A stretch of DNA of 64,000 nucleotides, taken from Escherichia phage teqskov. Of this stretch, positions 61,737 to 64,000 are shown piece by piece (position 1 is the stretch's first letter; each line of letters begins with the position of its first letter). Below the pieces are notes generated by a model. That model had not been told where the DNA came from. It did not search any database and saw nothing but the letters and a program-made list of their open reading frames with translations. Both the position numbers and the translations under genes were made by a program. The DNA lies in sequence record NC_054934.1; one strand, 5' to 3'.

Positions 61737-61758
61737 AGGGACCTCCGGGTCCCTTTTT
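61737..61758 (+). terminator. rho-independent terminator
   Basis: agggaccTCCGggtccct followed by TTTTT. Confidence 0.7.
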
Positions 61759-61841
61759 CATACAAGTAATATAAATCTATACTTATGAAAAACAGATGAT
61801 TCTGGACCTTTAGAATTCCCTAAAAAATTTTTCACAAAACT

Positions 61842-61871
61842 GTTTACAAGACTGTTCCTCTGTGGTATTAT
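61842..61871 (+). promoter_or_regulatory. early promoter cassette (PeSL-like)
   Basis: tagaattccctaaaaaattttttcacaaaactGTTTACaag ... tgGTATTATacaactatcaactactgatacag. Confidence 0.55.
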
Positions 61872-61908
61872 ACAACTATCAACTACTGATACAGATTTGG
61901 AGAATAAA

Positions 61909-62145
61909 ATGAAAATTGTTATGGGATGCTTAGCAGTTTGTTTAGTTGCATTAGCAGCAGTTCCATTTGTTAGTGTTGAAAATGATACTCAACCTGTGAT
62001 TGAATCTAGCACCGTTATTCACACTAATGGTAAAATATCAGTTAAAATTGATGATAATCTTCATGTGAATACAAATGGATCTTTAGGTGTGCAAATGGGT
62101 AATACCTGCATAAGCACTACTGGAGTAATTACTACTTGCATTTGA
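61909..62145 (+). CDS. small secreted protein
   Basis: 78 aa from ATG after SD GGAG; N-terminal signal-like MKIVMGCLAVCLVALAAVPF. Confidence 0.5.
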   Translation: MKIVMGCLAVCLVALAAVPFVSVENDTQPVIESSTVIHTNGKISVKIDDNLHVNTNGSLGVQMGNTCISTTGVITTCI

Positions 62146-62155
62146 GGAAATTATT

Positions 62156-62536
62156 ATGAAAATCGCTATTTTGGTTATTGCATTAGGTCTTACTGGTTGT
62201 GTAGCTCAAGGACCGGTAGTAAATCAGTCTGATGTAGGAAAAATTGTAAACTGTTCAAGCAAATTTTATAATCCTAATGTCAAGTGTTATAAAGAAGCTC
62301 CAAAGCAAACAGTCGAACAAATGCAGGCGAATTTTGACGAAGCTATTCGTCCAGATGAATCTGCTCAAGCATATCGTAATTCTGATGTAATTACACGCGA
62401 AGAAAAAATTGAAAACTACTGCGCCGAAATTTGGGCTAATTGGGCTAATAATTACCAATGGCGTACTGGTAAAAATGCTCCGATGGAGTATGTAGTGAAT
62501 TCTTATAATTCATGTGTAAAAAATTTGACTAAGTGA
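62156..62536 (+). CDS. predicted lipoprotein
   Basis: 126 aa; signal peptide with lipobox LTGC; several Cys in mature part. Confidence 0.55.
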   Translation: MKIAILVIALGLTGCVAQGPVVNQSDVGKIVNCSSKFYNPNVKCYKEAPKQTVEQMQANFDEAIRPDESAQAYRNSDVITREEKIENYCAEIWANWANNYQWRTGKNAPMEYVVNSYNSCVKNLTK

Positions 62537-62543
62537 GGAAAAC

Positions 62544-62795
62544 ATGGAAACTTTAGTAGCAGGTTCAATTTTTATGGTTTTAGTTTCAGGCGTGTTGGCT
62601 ATTATTATATACATGCTTCCATGGTTTATCGCCTTGATGCGTGGGTCAAAATCGACAGTAGGAATCTTTTTCACATCTTTACTGTTTAACTGGTCAATTA
62701 TTGGTTGGTTTATTACATTTATTTGGTCAATTGCGGGTGAAACTAAAAAATCTGTACAGCAAAATCAAGTAATTATCATCAGAGAGAAGGAATGA
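62544..62795 (+). CDS. imm: superinfection immunity protein Imm
   Basis: 83 aa two-TM protein; size and position upstream of gene 42. Confidence 0.75.
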   Translation: METLVAGSIFMVLVSGVLAIIIYMLPWFIALMRGSKSTVGIFFTSLLFNWSIIGWFITFIWSIAGETKKSVQQNQVIIIREKE

Positions 62796-62941
62796 AAAGC
62801 AAAATTTTAGCAGTATTGCTTTTAATCTTGATGATTATAATAAGTATATACTATAGCGTAACAGTTCCTCTTATGATTCCGCCACTTATTATAGGTTGGA
62901 GTTTATTACTGTTACAAGTTAAATATGAATGCATCAATTGA
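62792..62941 (+). CDS. small membrane protein
   Basis: 49 aa hydrophobic ORF found by hand; ATG overlaps imm stop. Confidence 0.4.
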   Translation: MKSKILAVLLLILMIIISIYYSVTVPLMIPPLIIGWSLLLLQVKYECIN

Positions 62942-62948
62942 GGTTTAA

Positions 62949-63689
62949 ATGATTAACGATTATATGACAGTTGAAGAAATCCGTCTTGATTTGGGTCTTG
63001 CATTAAAGGAAAAAGATTTCGTAATTGATAAAACCGGTGTTAAAACTATTGAAATTATTGGTGCATCATTTGTAGCAGATGAACCTTTTATTTTTGGCGC
63101 TCTTAATGATGAATACATTCAGCGTGAACTTGAATGGTATAAATCTAAGAGCTTGTTTGTTAAAGATATTCCAGGTGAAACACCAAAGATTTGGCAGCAG
63201 GTAGCATCTTCTAAAGGCGAAATTAATTCGAATTATGGTTGGGCCATCTGGTCAGAAGATAACTATGCCCAATATGATATGTGTTTAGCTGAACTTGGTC
63301 AAAATCCTGATTCTCGACGTGGTATCATGATTTATACTCGTCCATCTATGCAGTTTGACTACAACAAAGACGGCATGTCAGATTTCATGTGTACGAATAC
63401 AGTACAGTACCTGATTCGTGATAAGAAAGTTAATGCAGTAGTAAGCATGCGTTCAAATGACGTGGTCTTCGGATTCCGTAATGATTATGCATGGCAAAAA
63501 TACGTATTAGATAAATTAGTATCTGATTTGAATGCAGGCGATTCAACTCGTCAGTATAAAGCAGGTTCTATTATATGGAATGTTGGAAGTCTTCATGTAT
63601 ATTCTCGTCATTTTTACTTGGTTGATCATTGGTGGAATACTGGCGAAACTCATATTGTGAAAAAAGATTATAACGGTGAGTGGAAATGA
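62949..63689 (+). CDS. 42: dCMP hydroxymethylase gp42
   Basis: 246 aa; thymidylate-synthase-like fold; matches remembered T4 gp42. Confidence 0.9.
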   Translation: MINDYMTVEEIRLDLGLALKEKDFVIDKTGVKTIEIIGASFVADEPFIFGALNDEYIQRELEWYKSKSLFVKDIPGETPKIWQQVASSKGEINSNYGWAIWSEDNYAQYDMCLAELGQNPDSRRGIMIYTRPSMQFDYNKDGMSDFMCTNTVQYLIRDKKVNAVVSMRSNDVVFGFRNDYAWQKYVLDKLVSDLNAGDSTRQYKAGSIIWNVGSLHVYSRHFYLVDHWWNTGETHIVKKDYNGEWK

Positions 63690-64000
63690 TTCAATTCGTA
63701 ATTCCGAGCTATCAACGTGTAGGGGCAGTTTCTGCCCTTGATATGTTTCCGACTGATTATGAACCTCATATCGTAGTACGTGAACATGAAGAAAAAGCTT
63801 ATTATGACGCCTATGGGTCTAGAGCTAAAATTATAACTATTCCTGATGATGTAAACGGAATTGCCGGTACTCGTAAAGCAATTACTGATATGTATGCAGG
63901 TCAACGAATCTGGATGATTGACGATGATACTACTATTCGTATGAGTTCAATGCGAAAAAGAGATGATCGTCGTTGCGTAGATAAAGTCAATCAATTGACT
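63686..64000 (+). CDS. glycosyltransferase, N-terminal fragment (runs off window end); not T4 beta-gt-like
   Basis: ATG overlaps gp42 stop; DXD-type motif WMIDDDT; sits in the beta-gt position but N-terminus unlike remembered T4 beta-gt. Confidence 0.6.
   Translation, partial: MIQFVIPSYQRVGAVSALDMFPTDYEPHIVVREHEEKAYYDAYGSRAKIITIPDDVNGIAGTRKAITDMYAGQRIWMIDDDTTIRMSSMRKRDDRRCVDKVNQLT

Overview
This window is a contiguous stretch of a T-even (T4-like, Tequatrovirus) coliphage genome, in reverse orientation relative to the usual T4 map. The minus strand from 1 to 12671 carries the late baseplate/tail block (gp12 N-terminus, gp11, 10, 9, 8, 7, 6, 5.4, 5.1, 5, 53). Everything from 12719 onward is on the plus strand: gp4, 2, 3, 1, 57A, 57B, small internal-protein-like genes, a tRNA cluster, lysozyme e, denV, regB, tk, rI, a long accessory region, nrdC, pin, 49, nrdD, nrdG, nrdH, 55, alpha-gt, 47, 46, rpbA, 45, 44, 62, regA, DNA polymerase 43, imm, 42 and the start of a glycosyltransferase. 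Gene identities rest on reading the translated ORFs against remembered T4 protein sequences and lengths plus conserved synteny; no database search was run. The lysozyme differs from the T4 sequence I recall at three positions (SLSVAK versus SLNAAK, VIATF versus VITTF), which as I remember is the T2-type pattern, and the beta-gt locus holds a different glycosyltransferase, so this is probably a T2/T6-like phage, not T4 itself. The core genes are ordinary. The parts worth a second look are the accessory regions: a nucleotidyltransferase and AAA-like ATPase pair, a run of four large coiled-coil proteins, a macro-domain protein, a GrcA-like gene with a host-like 3' half, a tRNA-like gene whose acceptor stem cannot pair, a T5orf172-type ORF in the tRNA cluster, and a secreted-protein/lipoprotein cassette between gene 43 and imm. 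Many accessory genes are bracketed by near-identical early-promoter cassettes and GCTTCGGC-type terminator hairpins. Coordinates for CDSs follow the ORF track with start adjustments; promoter and terminator coordinates were counted by hand and may be off by a base or two.
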